Assembly: GCA_951406725.2 (NCBI GenBank)
Contig: OX597816.1
Span: forward strand, 70,494,001-70,558,000
From: Octopus vulgaris
Taxonomy: Eukaryota
DNA: 64,000 bases
Reading direction: 5' to 3'
Positions 12,969-23,489 of the stretch are shown here, piece by piece (the stretch's first letter is position 1; each line of letters opens with the position of its first letter). The notes beneath the pieces are model-generated. The model had not been told where the DNA came from and did no database searches. It was given only the letters and a program-made list of their open reading frames with translations. The position numbers and the translations under genes were made by a program.

Positions 12969-15916
12969 ACATCAGAGGACTGCAAACACTCAGTAACAGG
13001 ACAAAGATCCCGTTCCTGAGAGACTTTGTTGCATGCAATCAAGCCTTATGCATAGCACTTACAGAAACGCACCTGAAACCGGACATAGCAGATGCGGAGT
13101 TACACATACCACAGTATGCTGTACTACGGACCGACAGGAAAGAAAGGAGTCATGGAGGTGTTGCTATGTACATCCGTGAGGACCTCACACCCCAGGTCCT
13201 CTTGTCATACTCAAACTCGGTGTGTGACACACTAATTGTACATATTAGGCAACTTGATGTAGTTGTGTGTGCTACATATCGCCCTCCAGATGCCCCAAGC
13301 CATGTGGGCAAGTTTGAAGACTGCCTTATAAAAATAGAAGAAATTCTAACCACATTAGAACAACACATAGGTGTGCTTCTTATGGGAGACTTCAATCTGC
13401 CCAATGTCAGATGGCCCGAGGGCCTTTCTCTCCCAGGAATGACAAGATGTGAACGAGGACAGGCGAGGTCCCTCCTGAACCTCATCAACACCCTGTACAT
13501 GGAGCAGGTAATACTCCAACCAACCAGGGCAGGTAACACACTGGATCTCTGCTTCACAAATGACATGGATCTCATCCATAATGTGAAAGTGACACCGACA
13601 CTACTCTCGGATCACAACATGATAGAGCTGACCATGTACGGGCCAAAAGAGAGCACGGACATGCAGCCTACAAGAAACCCTCAAAATCTTTCCAGCTTGA
13701 ACTACCATAAGGCAAACTGGAAACAAATTGAGAAAGAGATCCTCAAACAAAACTGGCCTAAATGTCTCTCCTCGCCAGACATCGACGTGAAACTTCAACA
13801 ATTCATGTCTGTAATGCAAGCCATATGCTACAAATGTGTCCCAGAGAGAAAGGCCACTGTACACAAGAACAAAATCCCCAGAGAGAGGAAAATTTTAATG
13901 AGACGGCGTACGAAATTTTCAAATCGCCTAAACAAACAGATTGAAAGCAGTGAAAAGTCCCGCCTAAAAATAAAACTGTTAAAAATCGAAAAATGTCTGC
14001 AACTCTCCCATGAAAAAGAAAGAGCAGACAAAGAAGCCTGGGCTATAGAAAACATAAAATCTAACCCCAGAGCTTTCTACAGGTATGCCAAAGAAACAGC
14101 TACAGTTCACTGTAGAATAGGGCCACTCCTCGAAAAGGATGGCACACTTACAGGAAAACCAATGAGGGTAAGTGAAATACTGAATGAGCAATTCAAGAGT
14201 GTTTTCACTCCACCCCTTGGGCATCTCCAAATCACCAATCCAACTAACTTTTTTACCACTGCAGATATAAAATCAGAGGCGGCGACGATAGATTACATCG
14301 ATATAAAGGAAGACGATGTAACCAAGGCTATAGATGAAATGAAAACAGACTCAGCTACTGGCCCCGATGGATTCCCGGCAATCCTCCTAAAAGCATGTAA
14401 GAGAGTCCTAGCAAGACCACTGCAGTTCCTCTTTCAGAGCTTCCTTGCAGCTGGCAAACTTCCAGGAAAACTGAAGGAAGGTAAAATATGCCCCATTCAT
14501 AAAGGAGGTAGCAGAGCGGAAGCCAAGAACTATAGACCTATCTCTCTGACCTCACACATCAGCAAGGTCATGGAACGAATAGTCAGAAGGAAGCTGATCA
14601 CCTTCCTTGAAGAGAATGACTTGCTGCCCGACACACAACATGGTTTCCGACCAGGGAGAAGCTGTTTAACTCAGCTCCTACAACACTATGACTGGGTGCT
14701 GAAACGGCTGCTCAACCACTCAAATGTGGAAGTGATATATCTCGACTTTGCAAAGGCCTTTGATAAGGTCGATCATGGAATGATATGTCACAAACTGCGT
14801 GATCTCAACATAGTTGGAAAACTGGGAGAATGGCTTCATGACTTTCTGAAGGATAGAAGTCAGGTGGTAGTAGCCAATGGGGCCACCTCCATTAACACAC
14901 AAATAGTGAGCGGTGTTCCGCAGGGCACTGTTCTGGGACCACTACTGTTCATAATGGCCCTCTCAGACATGCCCTCAGCCACGCAGAGAGCCACGATCAC
15001 AAGTTATGCAGATGATACAAAAGTTTCACAGGCAATACAGAACCCTGAGGACACTAAACACCTGCAATGTGAGCTGGACGAAATATACAAGTGGGCTGAA
15101 AAGAATAGCATGCAGTTCAATGCTGGAAAGTTTCAAGCTTTATACTATCAGCATGCAAAACTGAATGCAATACCCAATGAATACACTGGACCCGGAGGGA
15201 TTGCAATCCCAGAGGCACAATCAGTGCGTGACCTGGGTATTCACATGAGTGATGACGCGACCTTTCATGTACATGTTGCTAAACTGACAATGAACTGTAG
15301 ACGGCTGGCTGGATGGATTCTTAGAACCTTTAGAACAAGAGAACAAGAAACCATGATGGTCCTCTGGAAGACACTTGTCCTAAGCCACTTTGACTATTGC
15401 TCTCAGCTATGGTCACCATCCAGTGTCAAGTTGATCACAGAACTTGAGGCGATCCAACGAAGCTACACAAAGAAGATAGCCTCTATACAGAATGTAAGCT
15501 ACTGGGAAAGACTCAAGAGATTAAAATTATATTCCCTGGAGCGTAGGCGGGAAAGATATGCCATAATATACATCTGGAAGATCCTGGAGGGAAGTGTCCT
15601 GAACTTTGGCATCGAGAGTTACGCAAATGCCAGAACTGGGCGCCACTGCGTGGTGCCTAGGACTCCAAACCTGCCATCAAGATGTAGGACAAGATTCTGT
15701 GATAGCCTGGGCTTCCGAGGCCCACAGCTCTTCAATATCCTCCCGAAGAACCTGAGAGACCTGCATGGGGTGGATACAGATGTCTTTAAAATGAAGCTGG
15801 ATCTCTTCCTGTCAGGTGTCCCAGATGAACCAACTTCACGGCAGGAGGGGCAGATGAGGGCAGCTGCATCGAACTCTCTCATGCACCAAATAGCAGTTGC
15901 TAGAAAGCCTCCATGA
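12920..15916 (+). CDS. LINE ORF2: apurinic-like endonuclease plus reverse transcriptase (CR1-like)
   Basis: First ATG at 12920 (frame open from 12797). APE motifs NIRGL, LTETHL, YRPP, GDFN, LDL, SDH. RT motifs GPDG, NYRPISL, QHGF, LDFAKAFD, GVPQG, YADD, DLG. CR1-type C-terminus SLERRRERY...FNILP...FK.KLD.FL. Confidence 0.96.
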   Translation: MDTAGNNVHLTSILLLNIRGLQTLSNRTKIPFLRDFVACNQALCIALTETHLKPDIADAELHIPQYAVLRTDRKERSHGGVAMYIREDLTPQVLLSYSNSVCDTLIVHIRQLDVVVCATYRPPDAPSHVGKFEDCLIKIEEILTTLEQHIGVLLMGDFNLPNVRWPEGLSLPGMTRCERGQARSLLNLINTLYMEQVILQPTRAGNTLDLCFTNDMDLIHNVKVTPTLLSDHNMIELTMYGPKESTDMQPTRNPQNLSSLNYHKANWKQIEKEILKQNWPKCLSSPDIDVKLQQFMSVMQAICYKCVPERKATVHKNKIPRERKILMRRRTKFSNRLNKQIESSEKSRLKIKLLKIEKCLQLSHEKERADKEAWAIENIKSNPRAFYRYAKETATVHCRIGPLLEKDGTLTGKPMRVSEILNEQFKSVFTPPLGHLQITNPTNFFTTADIKSEAATIDYIDIKEDDVTKAIDEMKTDSATGPDGFPAILLKACKRVLARPLQFLFQSFLAAGKLPGKLKEGKICPIHKGGSRAEAKNYRPISLTSHISKVMERIVRRKLITFLEENDLLPDTQHGFRPGRSCLTQLLQHYDWVLKRLLNHSNVEVIYLDFAKAFDKVDHGMICHKLRDLNIVGKLGEWLHDFLKDRSQVVVANGATSINTQIVSGVPQGTVLGPLLFIMALSDMPSATQRATITSYADDTKVSQAIQNPEDTKHLQCELDEIYKWAEKNSMQFNAGKFQALYYQHAKLNAIPNEYTGPGGIAIPEAQSVRDLGIHMSDDATFHVHVAKLTMNCRRLAGWILRTFRTREQETMMVLWKTLVLSHFDYCSQLWSPSSVKLITELEAIQRSYTKKIASIQNVSYWERLKRLKLYSLERRRERYAIIYIWKILEGSVLNFGIESYANARTGRHCVVPRTPNLPSRCRTRFCDSLGFRGPQLFNILPKNLRDLHGVDTDVFKMKLDLFLSGVPDEPTSRQEGQMRAAASNSLMHQIAVARKPP

Positions 15917-16130
15917 AGTGAAACCAAGTAGCAACACCAAATGGCGGTGCCCCAGCATGGCCACAGCTCATAAGCTGAAACTAGAATCAATCAATCAATC
16001 AATCAATCATATAACTTCTAAACTGGAGTGGGGCAGCATGTTCTTTGTCTATCTCCTTAATTTCTGGAGATTTTAGATATAATTATACTAATATGTCCAG
16101 CTGTTCTAATTTAATTAAATTATACGTCTT

Positions 16131-16220
16131 TGTACAGCTGAAGATTGCTCTGCATTTTAAATTGATGTAATGATTGCATTGTTCAATTAAATGGAGTTGC
16201 ATGAAACGATCGTACTGCAT
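16131..16220 (+). ncRNA. Minimal type-I hammerhead ribozyme motif
   Basis: GTACAG-CTGAAGA(16138)-long imperfect stem II-GAAAC(16203)-GATC-GTA-CTGCAT. Intact core, palindromic helix III. Confidence 0.7.
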
Positions 16221-16270
16221 TACCTCTGGGTATCCTTGTTGCTTATTTTGATATATATATATATATATAT

Positions 16271-16563
16271 ATCACGTGATCGTGTGACCGACCAGACCAT
16301 CAGATGTTGCTACACATCGCTGGTCACAATGCGTTCGCATTGTTTTAGCCTTCGAATGACCCCCACCCCGCTGGCTAAGCGAGCAGGCCAACAGAAGAGT
16401 AAGAGAAAGAGTGGTGAAAGAGTACAGCAGGGATCACCACCCCCTCGTGGAGCTTTTAGGTGTTTTCGCTCAATAAACACACACACAACGCCCGGTCTGG
16501 GAATCGGAACCGCGATCCTACGACCGCGAGTCCGCTGCCCTAACCACTGGGCCATTGCGCCTC

Positions 16564-16566
<3 letters not shown>
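16271..16566 (-). mobile_element. tRNA(Arg)-like SINE (family A, tail type 2) in (TA)n
   Basis: GTGGAGGCGCAATGGCCCAGTGGTTAGGGCAGCGGACTCGCGGTCG...GGTTCCGATTCCC; flanked by (TA)n on both sides. Confidence 0.85.
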
Positions 16567-16649
<83 letters not shown>

Positions 16650-16725
16650 ATCGCCATATTAATATGGCAGTCTTATAGATATAAGACTAAAAGCTTTTAG
16701 AGAGACTTAGTAATTTTAATATTTC

Positions 16726-16796
<71 letters not shown>

Positions 16797-16799
<3 letters not shown>

Positions 16800-17110
16800 C
16801 AGAGTAAGCACATAAATGTGAAACAAGCTGTAAAAAATAGCACTCGAATACCAGATGTAGAGTAATATACTTTAGTGAAAAGCAACAAAAATATCACAAA
16901 AACTGTTACTCAGAGTTTCTTGTTCCCGTTCGTTGGACAGTTTTGTTTCGAATGGAGCAAGATAAAGTTATATGCAGAAATACAATTACAAAACCATTTT
17001 CAAATGTGTATCTATCAAAGTAATTGTATTTCTTCATATAACTTGCTCCATTCTAAACAAAACTGTCCAACGAACAGGAACATGAAACTCTGAGTAACAG
17101 TTTTTGTAAT
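16797..17110. mobile_element. Small hammerhead-bearing element with an inverted partial duplicate
   Basis: 16897-16961 and 17042-17106 are inverted copies. 16797-16945 (minus) is homologous to 48205-48356 (plus). Confidence 0.7.
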
Positions 17111-18142
17111 GTTTTTGCTCCTTTTTGATAAAGTGTGTGTGTGTATGTGTGTGTATGTGTGCCTACAATTAATTGAAATACAGCAAATAAAACAATAATT
17201 ATAACAAATATTAAAATATTAGTATTAGAATATGTTGTCGTATTTCGTTAAAATAATTTTTCATCAATATGTAAAGAGCTGGTGTAGGCTGTATGTCTGG
17301 GTACGCATGCATATTCGTGTGTGTATGTACGTGTATGCGTAGGTGTGCGTATGTGCATATGTATGTGTGAGCGTGCATGTGCTTGCGTGTATGCTTTATA
17401 TTCATGTACAGCAGCCTATAATGGGAAATTGTAAATCGCAGAACATTTAAATAAAATAATTTTTATAAACCTCAACAATATAACCATTTTTTTTCATTGA
17501 CCTATTTCTCCGCACTTCGAATATTTGTTTATAACTTGTTTTTTTTTGTGTATTTTGTTTTTTTTTATTTATTTGCATTGTTTATCTTTCGCTTTGTTTT
17601 CTAGCAAACTGTCTTTGATCAATTGTATTTCGATCAACTGCTTTCGATAAATTGATACTAAACCCTTTAGAACAGCAAAGTTGAAGGGAAGTGGTTGTTT
17701 TATGTTTGGCTATTAATTTTGTTGGTGGTGTCGTTGCTGATGCTGTTGCTGTTGTTCTTGCTGTTGTTTTTATTGTTTCTTTTGATGTTTAGCCAATGGT
17801 TATTTGTATATTCTCCTGTTGTTGCTTTTGTTATTTGTATGTGTTGCAAGTTTAGCTGATGTGGGTTCTTTTCCTTTTCTTTTTTTCGTCTTATATTTGT
17901 TATTGTTCTTGTGAGTTTTCCTATTGATGGTCGTTTTCTTCTTTTTTTTTAGTGGTTTTGGAATTAACTTTTTTTTTTCGTTGTTATTGTTGATTTGTTA
18001 GGCAGGAATGGATGCTTGACAAGTTCTTCGATGTCTCGTCAAACTTTGCAATCTTCGGCGTTGCGTGACCGCGACAAGCCTTGTTTTTGCTCTCAGCAAA
18101 ACATATTTTCAATTTTTTTCCACATCCTCCTTCACAATGTTG

Positions 18143-18196
18143 TCAAATGACGAGGGTGTGACGAGGACAGCGGCATAGCCATGCATGTATGAGTGT
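18143..18196 (-). CDS. Candidate terminal coding exon of an unidentified host gene
   Basis: AAACAG acceptor, non-repetitive higher-GC sequence, phase-compatible with 18542-18732 (TLIHAWLCRCPRHTLVI*). No recognisable homology. Confidence 0.25.
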   Translation of the reverse strand, partial: TLIHAWLCRCPRHTLVI

Positions 18197-18541
18197 CTGT
18201 TTCGTCCTTATTTGTACAGTTTTTATCTGTCTACAATATTTGTGTGCGTGCGTGCGTGCATGCGTACGTGTGTGCGCGTGCATATATGTGTATGTGTGTC
18301 TCTCTTTTAAATTTTTGTTTAGTTGGAATTGGTCATTTTGCTGCTGCTTTACTGCGGTTGTTTACTAAGTCACTGATTATTGTAGCGATGTTACTTCCAC
18401 TGTAGGGGTTGTTGCAGTTTTTTGTATCATGGGGGTCTGCGGGAAGGGTATTGCGCCTTCCTGTTCATTATCACACAAGTGGTTCATACTTTATTTGTAG
18501 TATTTTAAGTATTTGAACTTAATTCCCTCGACCATATTAAC

Positions 18542-18732
18542 CTTGATTCGACTCTTGAAGCAATAGAACCTGAGGGAATCACCAAATCTCCAGGCGATGT
18601 CGGTAACAGCAAACGTTAATGTGATACCGATCACTTTATCATACACCTCCACCGTTGTTATCAGCGACTTCTGATCCATTTCCTGTCGTAGCCCCAGCAG
18701 TGTAATCCTACAAGAATGCCGATTTATGTACG
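18542..18732 (-). CDS. Candidate internal exon of an unidentified host gene
   Basis: CTTTTTTCCAG acceptor, AAG|GTTAAT donor and an open frame YINRHSCRITLLGL...FYCFKSRIK. Confidence 0.3.
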
Positions 18733-18861
18733 CTGGAAAAAAGCTAACCTCGTCCAACGTGCATGTGATCATGGAAACTTTTCTTTACTTTCTCTTGAGA
18801 GTTGCTTAGGAACTCTACAATGTCCTGGTCTCTTTCCTTTCTTGTATGTCATACTCTTTAC

Positions 18862-19063
18862 TCTCCTTTACTCTTTTACTTGTTTCTGTCATTTGACTGT
18901 GACCATGCTGGTGCACCGCCTTTAGTCGAGCAAATCGACCCCAGGACTTATTCTTTGTAAGCCTAGTATTTATTCTATCGGTCTCTTTTGCCGAACCACT
19001 AAATTACGGGGACGTAAACACACAAACATCGGTTGTCAAGCGATGTTGGGGAGACAAACACAT

Positions 19064-19155
<92 letters not shown>

Positions 19156-19318
19156 GACGTGCTTCTTTCAGTTTCCGTCTACCAAATCCACTCACAAGGC
19201 TTAGGTCGGCCCGAGGCTATAGTAGAAGACACTTGACCAAGGTGCCACGCAGTGGGAATGAACCCGGAACCATGTAGTTGGTAAGCAAGCTACTTACCAC
19301 ACAGCCGCTCCTGCGCCT
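18862..19318 (-). mobile_element. CORE-like tRNA SINE (family C) with internal (TA)n(TG)n and a LINE-derived tail
   Basis: Head GGCTGTGTGGTAAGTAGC...GGTTCA.TCCC; family core CACCTTGGGCAAGTGTCTT; tail GGCGGTGC.CCAGCATGG.C.CAGTCAAATGAC. Confidence 0.88.
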
Positions 19319-19930
19319 ATACAATATCCCTTACTCAATGAAGACATTTTTCGGCTTGCACCTGCATGAAGTACTGACTCTCTTGGAGTTCGATAGATAT
19401 GCATTTGTGACAATTCCCTTTTCCTCTTTTTTTTCTGGTGGGGATGTTAAACTCAGCCACATGATATTTTTCTGTCATACTTCTACCAATCCTTTGGTCT
19501 TCGATTGACTAGCATATTCATTCTAGGATACTAGTTTTCGTAGGTGAGGAACACTATCAAAGATTTACGAACCAATGCATCTCTATGTAATCACTCGACC
19601 TACAGGAATTTGCAACCAAATCTTCCTTAAATTGTATGCCTTAGTCTTGTTTTTTCATGTTTGTTGCGAGCCCACAGGCTCATTAGGTCGGAGTTTATTC
19701 CGGTTCTGTGACGCATAAAAGACCGGAAATACTACACTTTGAGCAGGATGCAATCCTACACAGGTCTAACCATCAGCTATTACTGTTACATCAGTTGAGT
19801 TGGCTGGAACAATTTGAAATGGAGTGTTTTGTACAAGAATGCGATGTGCCTGTCTAGAATTCGAAACCTCGACCTTACGATTGTGTGCCTAACACTATGC
19901 CACTACTTTGAAAATACGAACACGTTAATG

Positions 19931-20151
19931 TACGAGAGCGTGCTGAAAAGTTCTTGGCTTTGGGTATTAAAAAATGCAGGAGGATCAGTTAATTATGATT
20001 TTATTCAACGTATTTCCCTCTCAGATTCATACACTAATTACAGCGGTCTTCCAGCTTTTCTAAGTCCTGTTAAAGAAATTGAATGGTTAGCACTGGAACC
20101 AGGCCTTCAGCGAAACCCTTAAAGCCAGGAACTTTTCATCACCACCTCATC
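19931..20151. mobile_element. Mariner-like MITE
   Basis: Imperfect terminal inverted repeats (TIRs) TACGAGAGCGTGCTGAAAAGTTCTTGGCTTT and AAAGCCAGGAACTTTTCATCACCACCTCAT. Confidence 0.65.
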
Positions 20152-20394
20152 TGTATAAAAGATAGGATTGCCACAGCTGAGATGACTTTTAAGCATGTAT
20201 CAAGCAGAATTAGTGTTGATATGGAAACTACGTTTCCAAGACAATTGACGGGAGGTTGCAAAGGCCTCAGTTCTTGATCAACAAAGCTACAAATGAGGGT
20301 TGTAAGAAGTGGAAGAAAAGTCTAAGTATGGACTGGATCACGGATTTGTTCAAGATGGTGATTATATTCCTTTTTAATATATGCAGAAGGCCTG

Positions 20395-20770
20395 AACATT
20401 TTTGGGGAAGGATACCGTTAATTACGTCGACCCCTGTCCTGGACTAGTACTTATTTCAACGAACTCCGAAAGGGTGAGAGACAAAGCCAACTACAATGGA
20501 ATTTGAACTCAAAACGAACAGACGAACGAAATGCTGCTAACCATTTTATCTGTCTTTACGATTCTGTCAGCACGCTGCCTTTATTAAATCATATTTTGCA
20601 ACAGGACCTACAACTTTTGCGGCGGGCGGAAAGTCAATTACATCGACCCAAATGCTCAAATGATATTTATTTTATCGACTCCGAAAGGATAAAAGACAAG
20701 GTTGACCTCAGAGAAATTTGAACTCAGAACATAAAAACGGGCATGTTAATAACTCTGCCAACTCTCTATC
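20395..20770 (-). mobile_element. Degenerate family B SINE units
   Basis: TCGACTCCGAAAGGATAAAAGACAAGGTTGACCTC and ATTTGAACTCA match the reverse complement of the family B core, twice. Confidence 0.6.
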
Positions 20771-21383
20771 TTGAAGGTTTTACAAATTATCGGTTGATAG
20801 ATTATAGAACTCCAGTTTTAGGCGGTTGAGTTTTTAGCCAGTCTTTATGATTACAATATTCTTTTGTTATTTTCTTTTTAATACTTTTCATTCTTGTTCA
20901 ATTCCTTTTAATTTCCTAACGTTGTTGTTTCTGGCTGTTTCAGAAAATCGTTAAATATCCTTGCAAGTATTTAATGGCTATATTTCGTAGAATTTTGGAA
21001 CTTCGCCATTTCTGTATACTTTTCACTTGTTTCAATTTTCCATTGTCTGGGATAAGTCTTTACTTTTGTCTTTAGTTTTTTGTTTATTTTTTGGGGGTTT
21101 TTTTTCATTCTTCACCTCGATTTTTCTATTAATTCATTTGGTGCATTTTTAGCATTCTCTTATCCTAAGTGAACAATCCACATTTCATGCTACTCCGCGA
21201 ATTTCTTCTGTATCTACACCCCTTGATAAACTAGCCACCGAGGGAGTATCTACATAAAAACGTTACGCGACTGAAATAGATGATTAACCTAAAACCACAC
21301 ACTATGATTCTAAAAATAAATGGTACACCTGACAATTATATATATATATATATATACATATATATAATTGTCAGGTGAGTGTG

Positions 21384-21438
<55 letters not shown>

Positions 21439-21553
21439 TAAGGCGGCGAGCTGGCGGAAACGTTAGCACACCGGGCGAAATGCTTAGCGGTATTTCGTCA
21501 GTCGCTTCGTTCTGAGCTCAAATTCCGCCGAGGTCGACTTTGTCTTTCATCCT
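21439..21553 (+). mobile_element. Family B SINE, 5' half
   Basis: AAGGCGGCGAGCTGGCGGAAACGTTAGC...TTTCATCCTT followed by (TA)n. Confidence 0.8.
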
Positions 21554-21732
21554 TATATATATATATATATATATGTTTTAAGTTTATTTGTTAGGGAATA
21601 AAAATTCCAGCATAACAGAGGTTCAAATTATTCTCAATGAAGAAATACATATTTTAACTTTGAGATAGTAGGCCCCTTCATCTCACCATATTAAAACGGA
21701 TTTTTATTTTAAATACCTACTGTTTTATAACT

Positions 21733-21829
21733 TGGTTACACGTGTTTCATGAGGTATATTTCCCGGTTCCTAAACCACTCCGCGTTTTGCTGGAACCCTT
21801 CTTAAAATGTAACCCCAATCATCAGGCCC
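21733..21829 (-). ncRNA. Minimal type-I hammerhead ribozyme motif
   Basis: Minus strand GGC-CTGATGA-TTGGGGT...ACCTCAT-GAAAC-ACGT-GTA-ACC. Intact core, in a roughly 320-bp insert between (TA)n tracts. Confidence 0.7.
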
Positions 21830-21887
21830 CTATATCACATTATCATCGTTCAATACTATAAACTATATTTTAATTCTTTTAAACTAA

Positions 21888-21922
<35 letters not shown>

Positions 21923-21999
21923 AATTCAAATATATAATTCAAATAGAAAGAACGAAAAGGAACGAAAGTGCGGACGTTCACAAGAAATGCATTAGCACA

Positions 22000-22170
22000 A
22001 TATATGACTGCCTTCTTTCAGATTCTGTCTAGCAAATCTCCTTACAAGGCTTAGGTTTACCTGAGGCTATAGCAGAAGACACTTGCCCAAGGTGGCACGC
22101 AGTGGGACTGAACCCATTAAACATGTAGTTGCGAAGCAAGCGTCTTACCACACTGCTACGCCTGCACCTA
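22000..22170 (-). mobile_element. Family C SINE, 5' part
   Basis: AGAAGACACTTGCCCAAGGTG...GGGACTGAACCC on the plus strand. Confidence 0.75.
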
Positions 22171-22189
22171 TAAAGTTGGAGGAAAATAA

Positions 22190-23085
22190 GATGTGATGGT
22201 CATAAATGGAACGTTTTAACCGGGAGTTAGCTTGATTAACTAAGCCAACGTAAAGTTAAGTGACTTTTCACGTAGTTGATGCTATATTATTTTCTATTTT
22301 AATTTTACCGTTTCCTTGATAAAATCTTTTAGGGTTGGAAGCGAAGCGTTTCTTTTATTCTGAGAATAACAGTTATTTTTCATATCGACTTATGTTTAAG
22401 ACAATAAGTTTGAAACACGCTTTGATTTTGGCTTCCGTTATCTTGTATATATGTAACGTTTGTTAATCTTTCTTTTGCCTTTCATTCTTGACTTATCTCT
22501 TGATTTCATTAAGGATCGAGAGATCTTTTCTTTTACGTCCTATCATTTTCCTATATCTTTGTTTACCGCAGTCTTTCACTTGGGTTTCGATGTTCCACTA
22601 TAAGTTTTAAAGAAACGCCTACTTTGTCTCAGACTACAGTGATTGCTAAAAATATTATTTGATTTTGTTTTTGATAAGTCTACAATGATCGTATTTGCCT
22701 TGCTTTATATTTGTTGTTGTCGCTATCTTATCGTAAAGTGTTTTATCTCTAGGAGCGTCTTTCGTTGGTTCATCATGAGATCTTCAATAGATTTTATTTA
22801 AGTATTTCTACTTTCAGATTATTATCATACTCAATATATTGTCTAGTTCAAAAACTTTCTACTCTCAGATTCCTGGCATATTCGCTTGTGTTCATGTTTA
22901 CATTAAATTGTAGTTCTGATTTATAGTTTGTTGGTTAGTATTCTCTGGGTATGTTAGGATTTGATTTCGTTTCTTTTATAACATTTAGTTTGTTTGACTC
23001 GCTACGGTTAATGGATCCAGTTTTAAAAGCGAACCGGTTGAAACGACAAATTTCAGGATTGTTAAGTCTCTTCAGCAAAACAGTC
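22190..23085 (-). pseudogene. Highly decayed Penelope-like fragment
   Basis: Only scattered remnants (NPS*KTAVNKDIG-like, KKRF-like) and a degenerate hammerhead-like CTGAAGA...GAAAT at about 23036-23080. Confidence 0.3.
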
Positions 23086-23125
23086 TATTCAGATGTATGT
23101 ATATGTATGTATATGTGAATGTATA

Positions 23126-23448
23126 AGGCTCAGTTGTTAGAGCATCGGGCCTGCAATCATGAGGTAATGAATTCGATTTCCGGGCCGGGTTGTGTTGTGT
23201 TCTTGAGCAAGACACTTCATTTCACGTTGGTCCAGTTCACTCAGCTGTAGAAATGAGTGGCGATGTCACTGATGCCAAGCTGTATCGGCCTTTGCCTTTC
23301 CTTTGGATAACACTGGTGGCATGGAGAGGGGAAGCTGGTATTCAAGGGCGACTACTGGTCTTCCATAAACCACCTTGCCCAGACTTGTGCCTCGGAGGGG
23401 AAATTTCTAGGTGCAATCCCATAGCCATTCATGACCGAAGGAGGCCTT
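23126..23448 (+). mobile_element. tRNA-derived SINE (family D)
   Basis: GGCTCAGTTGTTAGAGC...TTCGATTTCC head and TTCTTGAGCAAGACACTTCATTTCACGTTG core. Related copy at 56200-56490 (minus). Confidence 0.7.
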
Positions 23449-23489
23449 TGTGTGTGTGTGTGTGTGTGTGTGTCTTCTATTTTTTAATT

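Larger units (their letters stand above)
10510..16008 (+). mobile_element. Apparently intact CR1-group LINE (5' boundary uncertain; the array may be its 5' UTR)
   Basis: Two uninterrupted ORFs, a short 3' UTR with a hairpin and an (AATC)n tail at 15985-16008. No target-site duplication (TSD) found. Confidence 0.75.

Noticed and set aside
12130-15990. Antisense and alternate-frame ORFs inside the LINE
   Set aside because: Shadow ORFs of GC-richer coding sequence, with no motifs.
20770-21260. Additional Penelope-like relic on the minus strand
   Set aside because: Only vague peptide resemblance; needs a profile search.
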